DNA of 25,007 nt from a virus (taxonomy: Duplodnaviria > Caudoviricetes): positions 1-25,007 of the IMG/VR virus record IMGVR_UViG_3300032321_000659. One strand, given 5' to 3'. Position 1 is the first letter of the stretch; every line of letters starts with the position of its first letter. Of this stretch, positions 1-8,893 are shown one piece after another. The notes below the pieces were generated by a model. It saw only the letters and a program-made list of their open reading frames with translations. It made no database searches and was not told where the DNA came from. The translations under genes were made by a program, and so were the position numbers.

Positions 1-102
1 AATCAGCAGATACAAAGCCGGAGCGCCTCTCGCACCCAACATGCGCCGCGAGATTAAGTGACACCACTTTGATCCAAACCCTAATCAGAAGGAGATCAAC
101 AC

Positions 103-1455
103 ATGTCAAAGTCTTTCCTTGATAAGTTGATCGAGCGTCGTGATGCAGTTAAGTCAGAGATGGACGCAGTTCTCGAAGCAGTAGCAGAAGAGAACCGCAC
201 TGACCTAACAGAAGAGGAAACCACAAAAGTGGATACACTCGTAGAAGAATCACGCTCACTCGATACAAAGATTGAAAAGATGAAAGCACAAGCAGATGCA
301 GATGCAAAAGCATCAGAAATCCGCTCAGCAGTTTCAGATGTTGTAATGCCACGCACTACAGGCGGCGCAACAGTTACACGCGAAGAGCGCACATACTCAG
401 CAAACTCAGGTGCATCATTCGTGAAGGACGCATTCAATGCGCAATTCTCAAATGACTACGCAGCAAACGAACGCCTTGCACGCCACATGCGTGAAGAGTC
501 AATTGAACGCCGCGATGTTGGAACAGCACAATTCGAAGGTCTTGTAATTCCACAATACCTCGTCGACCTTGCAGCTCCATTAGCACGCGCAGGACGTCCA
601 TTCGCAGATGCAGCGACAAACAAGATGGCACTTCCACCATCAGGTATGACACTGAACATCAGCCGCATGACAACAGGTTCATCAACAGCTGTTCAAGTTA
701 CACAGAACGATGCAGTATCAGAAACTGATGTTGACGATACATTGCTCACAATCAATGTCCGTACAATCGCAGGCCAGCAAGATATTTCTCGCCAGGCACT
801 AGAGCGCGGAACAGGCATCGATTCATTTGTAATCGCTGACTTGATCAAGTCATGGCATACAACACTTGACTCACAGATCCTCAACGGTGCAGGCACAGCC
901 GGCACAATCAAGGGCCTTCGTGCTTCAGGTGGAAACGCCGTTACATTTACATCAACAGCACCAACAGTCGGATTGCTTTATCCAAAGCTTGCTGACGCAA
1001 TTCAGCAGATCCAGACAAACGCATTCGTTTCACCTTCACACTGGGTAGTTCACCCACGTCGTCTAGCCTTCTTGCTTGCAGCAGTGGACAGCACAAACCG
1101 TCCGCTTGTTGTTCCAGCAGCGAATGGCGCGATGAACGCAGTAGGCGTCGGCGGAGCACCAACATACGGAAACTCCGGATACCAGATGCTCGGACTTCCA
1201 ATCATCACAGATGCAAACATCGGCACAACATACGGAACAACAACAAACCAAGATGAAATCTATTGCGTAACAGCAAGCGAAGCTCATCTCTGGGAACAAC
1301 CAGGATCACCATTCGCACTTCGCTTTGATGCGACAGGCGCTGGCAATCTTCAGATCAAGTCTGTTGTTTACGGATACGCCGCATTTACAGCAGAGCGCTA
1401 CCCACTTGCAGCCTCAATCATTTCAGGCACAGGTCTAAGCGCACCAACCTTCTAA
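103..1455 (+). CDS. Major capsid protein, HK97 fold, with N-terminal coiled-coil (delta-like) region
   Basis: 450 aa; AAGGAG SD upstream; charged helical N-terminus, then 'GLVIPQYL', 'QILNGAGT..IKGL', 'RPLV', 'MLGLPIITD' motifs typical of HK97-family capsids; followed by head-tail genes. Confidence 0.93.
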   Translation: MSKSFLDKLIERRDAVKSEMDAVLEAVAEENRTDLTEEETTKVDTLVEESRSLDTKIEKMKAQADADAKASEIRSAVSDVVMPRTTGGATVTREERTYSANSGASFVKDAFNAQFSNDYAANERLARHMREESIERRDVGTAQFEGLVIPQYLVDLAAPLARAGRPFADAATNKMALPPSGMTLNISRMTTGSSTAVQVTQNDAVSETDVDDTLLTINVRTIAGQQDISRQALERGTGIDSFVIADLIKSWHTTLDSQILNGAGTAGTIKGLRASGGNAVTFTSTAPTVGLLYPKLADAIQQIQTNAFVSPSHWVVHPRRLAFLLAAVDSTNRPLVVPAANGAMNAVGVGGAPTYGNSGYQMLGLPIITDANIGTTYGTTTNQDEIYCVTASEAHLWEQPGSPFALRFDATGAGNLQIKSVVYGYAAFTAERYPLAASIISGTGLSAPTF

Positions 1456-1475
1456 TCGAAGGCAAGCACTAAATT

Positions 1476-1518
1476 GTGCAGGGCGAGTGGCCCACCCCCC
1501 GAGTCACTCGTCCTGCAC
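1476..1518 (+). terminator. 16-bp hairpin after the capsid gene (terminator/attenuator or mRNA stabiliser)
   Basis: GTGCAGGGCGAGTGGC (1476-1491) pairs with GTCACTCGTCCTGCAC (1503-1518) with two G-U pairs; 11-nt C-rich loop; weak T tail (TTCT). Confidence 0.7.
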
Positions 1519-1538
1519 TTCTAAACAGGGGGAAACAA

Positions 1539-2222
1539 ATGAAGACAGCACACAAAGTAACAATCGGTTCGTGCGATCCGGGATCCGTAAACGGATCATT
1601 TGCATACAGACTGATTCAACTTGCACAATCAAGAAGCAACCGACTCGGGCCATTTGTAAGAATCAAAGGTTCTGGACTTTTATCAAAGCAACGCAACCGC
1701 ATGGTCAAACAATTTCTGGATAACACCAATAGCGACTGGCTTCTTATGTTGGATTCAGATGAACAGCTCACGACTGCGGCATTCGACGCCTTGATCGACA
1801 CAGCCCATGACAAAGACCGCCCGATCGTCGCAGGCCTTGTCTTTGCAGGATTTGGAGTGCCAGGCAAGCCTTACCCAAAGCCAGTCCCTGCAATATTCCA
1901 GGATTCAGATAAAGGCTTCCTTCCACTTTACAAATACGACAAGAACGCAGTCTTTGAAATTGATGCAGCAGGAACCGGATGCCTGCTTGTTCATCGGAGC
2001 GTTCTCGAGAAGATGCGTGAAATTGCAGATCCAAACCAGGGCAAAGAGTGGTGCTGGTTCTGGGATGGGCCAGTAAACGGCGAATGGATCGGTGAGGATT
2101 TATTATTCTGCCGAAGAGCAAAGGCGCTTGGATTTACAATTCATGTCAACACAGCCGCGATATTGCCGCACCAAAAGAGCTTCTGGATGGAAGAGATTCA
2201 CCATGATATTTGGAAAGATTAA
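1539..2222 (+). CDS. Glycosyltransferase, GT-A fold / GT2-like
   Basis: ATG 1539 follows AGGGGGAAA SD; DxD motif 'WLLMLDSDE', 'AAGTGCLLVHRSVLE', 'GEDLLFCRRA'. Confidence 0.85.
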   Translation: MKTAHKVTIGSCDPGSVNGSFAYRLIQLAQSRSNRLGPFVRIKGSGLLSKQRNRMVKQFLDNTNSDWLLMLDSDEQLTTAAFDALIDTAHDKDRPIVAGLVFAGFGVPGKPYPKPVPAIFQDSDKGFLPLYKYDKNAVFEIDAAGTGCLLVHRSVLEKMREIADPNQGKEWCWFWDGPVNGEWIGEDLLFCRRAKALGFTIHVNTAAILPHQKSFWMEEIHHDIWKD

Positions 2223-2328
2223 GAAGACCCGGCGCAAGCCGGCAAAGGAAACAGCAACCGCCGATCCCAAACTAGAACGCGCAATGCTGCCGAAACCGGA
2301 AAGAAGGACGAAGCGTGGCCCTAACTAA
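2203..2328 (+). CDS. Small basic hypothetical protein (41 aa, MIFGKIKKTRRKPAKETATADPKLERAMLPKPERRTKRGPN)
   Basis: Fills the gap between GT and adaptor, overlapping both; start codon uncertain. Confidence 0.5.
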   Translation: MIFGKIKKTRRKPAKETATADPKLERAMLPKPERRTKRGPN

Positions 2329-2923
2329 CGCCTATTGCACACTTGCCGAATTGAAGGCATCGCTTGCGATCACAGATAGCGTGGACGACACCCCACTTGA
2401 AGCAGCGATCACAGCAACAAGCAGAATGATCGACGATTACACCGGGCGCTTCTTTTACCGCAACGGAACCACAGGATCACCAGTTGCCCGTTATTACACG
2501 CCGCTAGATCCGTGGACGATGAATATGGACGATAACGTTTCCATCACGCAAGTGGCCACAGACGATAACTTCAACCAGACATGGGATACCGTCTGGTCAA
2601 CCAGCGATTACATGCTCGAGCCAGTAAATAACCCACAGCGCGGCTGGCCAGTAAACCGCATCCTTGCAATCGGCCGCTATGTTTGGCCTTATTACTTGCC
2701 ACAGGCATGCAAGATCACCGGCGTCTGGGGATGGACAGCAACACCAGCTGAGATCAACATGGCAACCTTGATCCAAGCAGCTCGATTATTCACACGCCGC
2801 CAGTCGCCGTTCGGCATCGCAGGAAGCCCGGACTTAGGCACAGTGCGCCTCACAGCCAAACTTGACGCAGACGTTGAAGCCTTGCTTCGACCATTCCGCA
2901 AGAACAATGGACTGGCAAAATAA
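2315..2923 (+). CDS. Head-tail connector/adaptor (gp6/gp15-like)
   Basis: GTG start after AAGGA; 'YCTLAELKASL..DD..LEAAITATSRMIDDYTGRFF' and C-terminal 'DVEALLRPFR'. Confidence 0.85.
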   Translation: MALTNAYCTLAELKASLAITDSVDDTPLEAAITATSRMIDDYTGRFFYRNGTTGSPVARYYTPLDPWTMNMDDNVSITQVATDDNFNQTWDTVWSTSDYMLEPVNNPQRGWPVNRILAIGRYVWPYYLPQACKITGVWGWTATPAEINMATLIQAARLFTRRQSPFGIAGSPDLGTVRLTAKLDADVEALLRPFRKNNGLAK

Positions 2924-3327
2924 TGCCAATGCAACCAAGCCAAGTGCGCGACGCATTGAAGACAAGACTTCAAACCATCTCAGGCCTTCGCGTTTACGAA
3001 TTAATCCCGGAACCAGTAACGCCGCCATGCGCGATCGTGGGTCAGCTTGATTTTACATTTGATATTGATAACGCCCGGGGATTAGATCAAGCAAACGTTG
3101 ATATTTATGTGATCGTCCAGCGTTTCTCGGAGCGAGCCGGCCAGGACGCGCTCGATGCATACCTAGCAGGAACAGGGGCAACATCTATTAAAGCAGCAAT
3201 AGAGGGAGATAGAACGCTAGGCGGAACATGCCAGACATTGCGAGTGATCGGCGCAGAGTCCGGAACATACGACTCACAATCGAACACATTTCTCTCGTAC
3301 CGATACCGCCTAACAATCTACGGATAA
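2923..3327 (+). CDS. Tail terminator / head-tail joining protein
   Basis: TAATG-coupled to adaptor; 'SIKAAIEGDRTLGG' motif; position before tail tube genes. Confidence 0.65.
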   Translation: MPMQPSQVRDALKTRLQTISGLRVYELIPEPVTPPCAIVGQLDFTFDIDNARGLDQANVDIYVIVQRFSERAGQDALDAYLAGTGATSIKAAIEGDRTLGGTCQTLRVIGAESGTYDSQSNTFLSYRYRLTIYG

Positions 3328-3336
3328 GGAACCGAC

Positions 3337-3528
3337 ATGACATATACAATAATCTCAAACCGGGAAGTCTGCGGAAAGACCACAGGCGACACGCTCACAG
3401 CCGAAGAATTGCAAGATGCAGGAGTCAGCGCAGAAACTCTGATCGCCGGCAACCACATCAAAGCAAGTAACACAGCACCACAAATCCCATCCATCACAAT
3501 CAAAATAGAAGAAGGAGCGACTAAATAA
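3337..3528 (+). CDS. Small hypothetical protein (63 aa)
   Basis: AAGGA SD; tightly packed, stop overlaps next start. Confidence 0.7.
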   Translation: MTYTIISNREVCGKTTGDTLTAEELQDAGVSAETLIAGNHIKASNTAPQIPSITIKIEEGATK

Positions 3529-3938
3529 TGGCTCGCATAGTTCTCACAGACGCATTCGTCTCCGTTGGCGGAGTGGATCTGAGCGATAGAGTCGCTTCAG
3601 CAACACTAAACACCACACGCGACGTAGTCGAAACTACAGCATTCTCATCAACAGCAGCAAAGACAAGAGTCACTGGCCTTATAGATAACTCAGTAACCCT
3701 TGAATTCCATCAAGACTATGCAACAAGCGAAGTGGAACAGACAATCTATCCACTTCTAGGAACAGCATCAACAGTAATCGTAAAGCCAAACGGCGCTTCT
3801 ACCAGCGCGTTCAATCCCAGTTATACATTCTCCGCTATAATTTCAGAATGGACTCCGATAAACGGATCCGTTGGAGAATTGGCCACAGCTAGCGTGACCT
3901 GGCCGATCACAGGAGCAATCACTAAGGCGGTCGCATAA
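3528..3938 (+). CDS. Major tail (tube) protein, copy 1
   Basis: AAGGAG SD; beta-rich S/T/V protein with 'VETTAF', 'EFHQDY', 'GSVGELATASVTWP'; upstream of chaperone and tape measure. Confidence 0.8.
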   Translation: MARIVLTDAFVSVGGVDLSDRVASATLNTTRDVVETTAFSSTAAKTRVTGLIDNSVTLEFHQDYATSEVEQTIYPLLGTASTVIVKPNGASTSAFNPSYTFSAIISEWTPINGSVGELATASVTWPITGAITKAVA

Positions 3939-4345
3939 TGGCAAGAATCGTACTAACAAACGCATCCGTTGTATTTGGAACGACTGATCTCAGTGACCAC
4001 ATTGCGAGCATCACTCTAAATTCAACATATGACATTGTCGAGACAACTGCATTCGGTAACACAGCAAAGACACGTGTGGCCGGACTTGCAGATAACTCTG
4101 TAACGTTTGAATTCCACCAGGATTACGCAACATCAAGCGTTGAGCAAACAATCTATCCGTTACTGGGAACAGCAGTATCAGTAGTAGCAAAGCCAGTAGC
4201 AGGAACGACAACAACAGTAAATCCGCAATACACATTTTCTACGCTAGTTTCAGAATGGACTCCTCTAAATGGATCCGTCGGCGAATTAGCAACAGCGAGT
4301 GTGACTTGGCCGATCTCCGGCGCAATTACCAAAGCAACATCCTAA
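3938..4345 (+). CDS. Major tail (tube) protein, copy 2 (paralogue)
   Basis: About 72% identical to copy 1 by manual alignment (98/136); TAATG coupling. Confidence 0.8.
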   Translation: MARIVLTNASVVFGTTDLSDHIASITLNSTYDIVETTAFGNTAKTRVAGLADNSVTFEFHQDYATSSVEQTIYPLLGTAVSVVAKPVAGTTTTVNPQYTFSTLVSEWTPLNGSVGELATASVTWPISGAITKATS

Positions 4346-4366
4346 AGAAAATAGGGGGAAATAAAG

Positions 4367-4645
4367 ATGGATGGATTAAATATCAAAGTCAAGACGACTG
4401 ATGGCGTGGAAAAAACGTTCTCATTACGTCCACGCATCATCGTCGACTTCGAACAGAAGTACGGCAAAGGCCTAGCCAAACTCATCGGCGAAGAACAGAA
4501 GCTCGAACATATCTATTATCTCGGATGGCTTGCACTTAAATCTAACGGAGTAGTTGTGAAACCGTTCGGCCCGGAATTCTTAGATACGCTTGAAGGAGTG
4601 CAACTAGATACAGACCCAAATTCCGAATCCACAGAGATAGCCTGA
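4367..4645 (+). CDS. Tail assembly chaperone (gpG-like)
   Basis: AGGGGGAAA SD; position between tube and tape measure; contains in-frame slippery heptamer near 3' end. Confidence 0.8.
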   Translation: MDGLNIKVKTTDGVEKTFSLRPRIIVDFEQKYGKGLAKLIGEEQKLEHIYYLGWLALKSNGVVVKPFGPEFLDTLEGVQLDTDPNSESTEIA

Positions 4646-4782
4646 CATATTCAATAGCAGCAGTTTCTGTGGAGACAGGAATAGATCCAATTTCATTAAT
4701 CGATGCACCAGATGGCATCCTTGAAGCGATTGTGATCTATCTCAAGGAGAAGGCAAAGGCGGCAAACAAACATGGCCAATGA
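4615..4782 (+). CDS. -1 frameshift extension of the tail chaperone (gpGT-like)
   Basis: C CCA AAT at 4615-4621 (X XXY YYZ in correct phase); -1 frame is open to TGA 4780-4782: FRIHRDSLTYSIAAVSVETGIDPISLIDAPDGILEAIVIYLKEKAKAANKHGQ. Confidence 0.8.
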   Translation, partial: PKFRIHRDSLTYSIAAVSVETGIDPISLIDAPDGILEAIVIYLKEKAKAANKHGQ

Positions 4783-5326
4783 AGTCGTTGTAATTAGCGG
4801 CATCAAAGAAACCACCGCCGCCTTGAAAAAATTCGACAAGGATGCAGCTCGTCGGCTTAACAAAGTAATCAACGACGAGCTGCGTCTGGCCGAAAATAAC
4901 GCCAAAGAGCAGATACCAGACAAGCCGCCAATGAGTGGCTGGAGAACGACAGCCGCCAAGAACCCACGCAGGAGCACCAGAGGTGGCGAAGGATGGCCGG
5001 CATGGGATCCGCAAGCAATTCGCCAGGGCATTATTAAAACTCGCTCAGAAGGCCGCGTGCGGTCGGATTACACCACCAGCGCAGGCGCACTCTTCAACAA
5101 GACCGCCTCTGGCGTTATCTTTGAAGTTGCAGGACGCAGGACACCAGGGCAGGCAACCGGACGTAAGATGATCGGTAATTTGAATGATCGCTTCCGCAAA
5201 GCCAGTCGCGGAATATGGGCCGTCATTGATCGTGATCGCCCCCGGATTTATGCAAATATCAGATCAGCAATGGACGACGCACAGAAGATCCTGCAAGCCA
5301 ATCTAAACAAAGATAAGAAGGGATAA
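4772..5326 (+). CDS. Putative tail completion/neck protein (HK97 gp10-like)
   Basis: Basic 184-aa protein starting 'VVISGIKETTAALKKF'; within tail operon. Confidence 0.6.
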   Translation: MANEVVVISGIKETTAALKKFDKDAARRLNKVINDELRLAENNAKEQIPDKPPMSGWRTTAAKNPRRSTRGGEGWPAWDPQAIRQGIIKTRSEGRVRSDYTTSAGALFNKTASGVIFEVAGRRTPGQATGRKMIGNLNDRFRKASRGIWAVIDRDRPRIYANIRSAMDDAQKILQANLNKDKKG

Positions 5327-5332
5327 CCGAGC

Positions 5333-7624
5333 ATGGCAATAGGCGCAGTAACCGCCCGGATTATTACCCAATATTCAGATAAGGGCAGCAAGGCAGCAGC
5401 CAGAGATATCAACAAGCTCGGCAAGAGTTTCGATAAATTTGCAGGCAAAGTTGGCAAGGCATTCGGACTAGCAGCAGCAGCGAGTGTAGCATTCGCGATC
5501 AAAGTAGGAATTGACTCCGTAAAGGCCGCGATCGCAGATGAAAAATCCCAGGCGCTCCTTGCCAATTCGCTCAAGAACACCACAGGAGCAACAGATTCTG
5601 CAATCGCCTCAACAGAAGCGTGGATAGATCGGATTCAAAGAACATTCGGAGAAGTCGACGATAATCTTCGTCCGGCTTTAGCGAAACTCGCCTCAGTAAC
5701 CGGATCAGTCACAGATGCGCAGGCACTTCTAGGCTTGGCCCTTGATGTTTCAGCAGGCGGCAGCGTTGACCTTGACGCAGCAACGAATGCAGTAACAAAG
5801 GCGCTGCAAGGAAACTACAAAGCGCTCAAGAATCTCGGCGTGCCAATTACGGATGCGATGGTTAAGGGCAAAGACCTCAACGCCGTTCTTGCACTGACCG
5901 CAAAGACATTCGGTGGAGCAGCAGCAACCAGAGCAAACACCTTCGAATTTAGAATGAAACGCTTGGCGATCGCATTCGACGAAGCCAAAGAAACACTAGG
6001 CACAGCGCTGATGCCGGTGCTTGAAGAATTATTCACAGTCATGGTGACGAAAGTTATTCCAGCAATACAAAAATTTCTGCAAGAAAATGGAAACAAACTC
6101 GTCGCTGTTATGACACAGGCAATCAAGGCCATTGTCGGCTTTGGATTTGCAATCTTCAAAGTATTTGCATTTGTAGCAAAGCATAAAGAAATCTTCGTAA
6201 CACTTGGGGCCATATTTGCAGCAACATTCGTAGCAAGCAAAGTGATTGCATTTGTTACAGCGATACAAGGACTGGTCAAGGCTTACCAGGCAATCAGAGC
6301 AGCAGCGATCGGCGCAGCCGCAGCACAGGCAGCAGCCACCGGCGGAATTTCAGTCGCAGCAGCAGCCGCCGGCGTTGCCGCATTTACAGCCACACTCGGC
6401 GGTCTTTATTTTGGAATTAAAAAAGCCAATAGTGAGATCACAAAGCTCGAAGGAAATGGCGAAGATTTAGAATTTTCATTTGATGGATTAAATGCAACGA
6501 CAGATGACTTCCTGAAGAGTCTTGGCGGCCTTAATATCAACCTGGGTAAAACATTAGGAAAGACAAAGGCGCTCACAGCAGCAGATCTCAAACTTATTCA
6601 GACACAGAATGCCCTTGCAGCCTTGCGCAAGCTAGGAGTTAAACCAACTACAGAAACAGATCCAATCCAGCTTGAAGCAGCACGCCTAAATCTTATCAAG
6701 CAAGCAAACATTCAAGAAGCAGAACGCGTCAAGACCATCCTTGCTAATCTTGAAGCACAACTCAAGGCAAACGATGCAATCAAGCGATACACAGATCTGC
6801 TCGGCGTTGTTGCAGATTCTAAAATTTCAACAGAAGAAATTCTTCTTTTATCTCGTTTGTGGGGAATTAGCAAAGAAGCCGTTGTTGCTTACACAAGCGC
6901 AATCTTTATAGTCAACGACGGAAAAATTTCAACAAGGGAAGTTGATGCCCTTGCAGCCCAATGGGGAGTTACAAAGGCACAAGCAGAATTATATCTTGAT
7001 TTCTTTGCAGCCTTAAATGACGGCAAACTTTCAGATGAAGAAATCACTAAACTTGCAAACAAATGGTCGCTAACAAATAAAGAAGTTGCAGATTATGCGA
7101 AGAAAATTTCAGATGGAGTAACACCTTCTGATCTTTGGCCTACACCAGGTAACCAGGCAGCAGATTCATGGAAGAAAGCCTTAGCAGCTCTTAACGCTTA
7201 TCTTGCAGCACTCGCTGGTATAAGTTTAGACGGTACAAATAAGCTTACAAATTCAATAGCAAATGCATCATTGCAACAAGGCATTCAAGCAGGTTTACCT
7301 TTAGCTGAGGCTTTATCCGGTGCTCGTTACGCAGCTCAAGGCGCGGCAGCATATCAAGCCGCTAATCCCGGCAGTATTCCATCCATCCCAAAAATGGCAA
7401 CGGGCGGCATTGTTACCAGTCCGACAACAGCGCTGATCGGTGAAGCAGGGCCAGAGGCAGTGATTCCACTCAACCGAATGGGATCGATGGGCGGATCAAC
7501 AGTCAACATTGTTGTAAACGGTAGCGTTACAACCGAAGGCGACCTCGTCAATGCGATCCGCAACGCCATTCTCCAGGGTCAAAATAATGGCCAGGCGATC
7601 ACAAAGACAGCAATTCAACTCTGA
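5333..7624 (+). CDS. Tape measure protein
   Basis: 763 aa, Ala-rich helical, central hydrophobic segments, C-terminal 'MATGGIV..PT.ALIGEAGPEAVIPL'. Confidence 0.92.
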   Translation: MAIGAVTARIITQYSDKGSKAAARDINKLGKSFDKFAGKVGKAFGLAAAASVAFAIKVGIDSVKAAIADEKSQALLANSLKNTTGATDSAIASTEAWIDRIQRTFGEVDDNLRPALAKLASVTGSVTDAQALLGLALDVSAGGSVDLDAATNAVTKALQGNYKALKNLGVPITDAMVKGKDLNAVLALTAKTFGGAAATRANTFEFRMKRLAIAFDEAKETLGTALMPVLEELFTVMVTKVIPAIQKFLQENGNKLVAVMTQAIKAIVGFGFAIFKVFAFVAKHKEIFVTLGAIFAATFVASKVIAFVTAIQGLVKAYQAIRAAAIGAAAAQAAATGGISVAAAAAGVAAFTATLGGLYFGIKKANSEITKLEGNGEDLEFSFDGLNATTDDFLKSLGGLNINLGKTLGKTKALTAADLKLIQTQNALAALRKLGVKPTTETDPIQLEAARLNLIKQANIQEAERVKTILANLEAQLKANDAIKRYTDLLGVVADSKISTEEILLLSRLWGISKEAVVAYTSAIFIVNDGKISTREVDALAAQWGVTKAQAELYLDFFAALNDGKLSDEEITKLANKWSLTNKEVADYAKKISDGVTPSDLWPTPGNQAADSWKKALAALNAYLAALAGISLDGTNKLTNSIANASLQQGIQAGLPLAEALSGARYAAQGAAAYQAANPGSIPSIPKMATGGIVTSPTTALIGEAGPEAVIPLNRMGSMGGSTVNIVVNGSVTTEGDLVNAIRNAILQGQNNGQAITKTAIQL

Positions 7625-8880
7625 TGGCAGGCATTCCAGAACTCGGCGCAGAGATTGACTTCGTCAACGGCCCGGCATTTATCGCCGTAGCCTTTACATT
7701 AAACGATGCCTACAAAGGGCAACTAGGCAAAGGCCAACTTGCAGACGGCGATGACATTGTCGACATTTCAAGCATCATCTTGCGATCATCCATTCGCAGA
7801 GGACGAAATCGAATCTTAAATCAATTTGAAGCAGGAACGGCAGTCGTTGAGATCAAGGACGACACAGGAGACTGGAATCCGGCCAATACGGCAGGCCCCT
7901 ACTACGGCAAACTCATACCACTGCGCAAGATTCGAATCTTTGCAGATTACGAAGGCATTCGCTACTACTTATTTTCAGGATTTATTACCAGTTACGATAC
8001 CCAATTCGCAATCGGAGCCGATGAGGTTTCTAGAGTGATTCTTAACTGCGTTGACGGCTTCCGCCTTCTCAATAACGTAGGAATTGCCACAGTGCCAGAT
8101 ACCGGAGCAGGGCAACTCAGTGGAACACGAATTGAAAGACTTCTTGATGCCAGCGACTGGCCAATTTCCCAAAGAGCGATCGACGCTGGCGATAGCGCCA
8201 TGCAAGCAGATCCGGGAACGGCAGACAGAACAGTCCTTTCTGCGATTCAGACGGTAGAAGTCAGTGAACTCGGCGGCTTCTTCATATCGGCAGAAGGGGA
8301 TGCAACCTTCTACTCAAGAACCACAGTAAGCGAACTAGCAGACTCGACACCGACAAATTTCAGCGACGACGGTACAGAGATCGGATACGCACAAATTGAC
8401 CTGGCCTTCGATGACACCTTGATCGTCAATGACGTCTCGGTTCAAAGGCTGAACGGAACCAATCAGACGGTAAGCGATCAGACATCCATTGATAACTACT
8501 TCAAGCATTCAGGAGCCAGAACCGGAATTCTTGTTGAGACAGATGCAGAATCGCTAGATCAGGCAACGATGATCCTCGCCGCACGCAAAGATGCAACACT
8601 TCGCATTGACTCAATGACTTTAAACCTAGTAGACGATGGAGAAGTCGCCAGAAACATTGCAGGGCTTGAACTGGAAATATTTGATCTGGTTAACGTGACA
8701 AAGGCCATGCCCGGATCAACATCAATCACTAGGGAATTATTTGTACAAGGCGTGCAACACGACATAACAAGGACAACATTTAATACTAAGATACTCACCA
8801 GCGAACCGATTATTCAGGCATTTATTCTAAACAGTACAACACAGGGAGTCTTAGACACCGCCGGCGTTCTAAGCTACTAA
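7624..8880 (+). CDS. Tail tip / baseplate hub (minor tail) protein
   Basis: Coupled to TMP; 'SIRRGRNR....FEAGTA', 'YLFSGFITSYD' beta-rich tail-tip style. Confidence 0.75.
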   Translation: MAGIPELGAEIDFVNGPAFIAVAFTLNDAYKGQLGKGQLADGDDIVDISSIILRSSIRRGRNRILNQFEAGTAVVEIKDDTGDWNPANTAGPYYGKLIPLRKIRIFADYEGIRYYLFSGFITSYDTQFAIGADEVSRVILNCVDGFRLLNNVGIATVPDTGAGQLSGTRIERLLDASDWPISQRAIDAGDSAMQADPGTADRTVLSAIQTVEVSELGGFFISAEGDATFYSRTTVSELADSTPTNFSDDGTEIGYAQIDLAFDDTLIVNDVSVQRLNGTNQTVSDQTSIDNYFKHSGARTGILVETDAESLDQATMILAARKDATLRIDSMTLNLVDDGEVARNIAGLELEIFDLVNVTKAMPGSTSITRELFVQGVQHDITRTTFNTKILTSEPIIQAFILNSTTQGVLDTAGVLSY

Positions 8881-8893
8881 ACAAGGAGAAGAT

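Noticed and set aside
1476-1538. N-terminal extension of the GT from GTG 1476 in the ORF track
   Set aside because: Lies inside the hairpin with no SD; ATG 1539 has a good SD.
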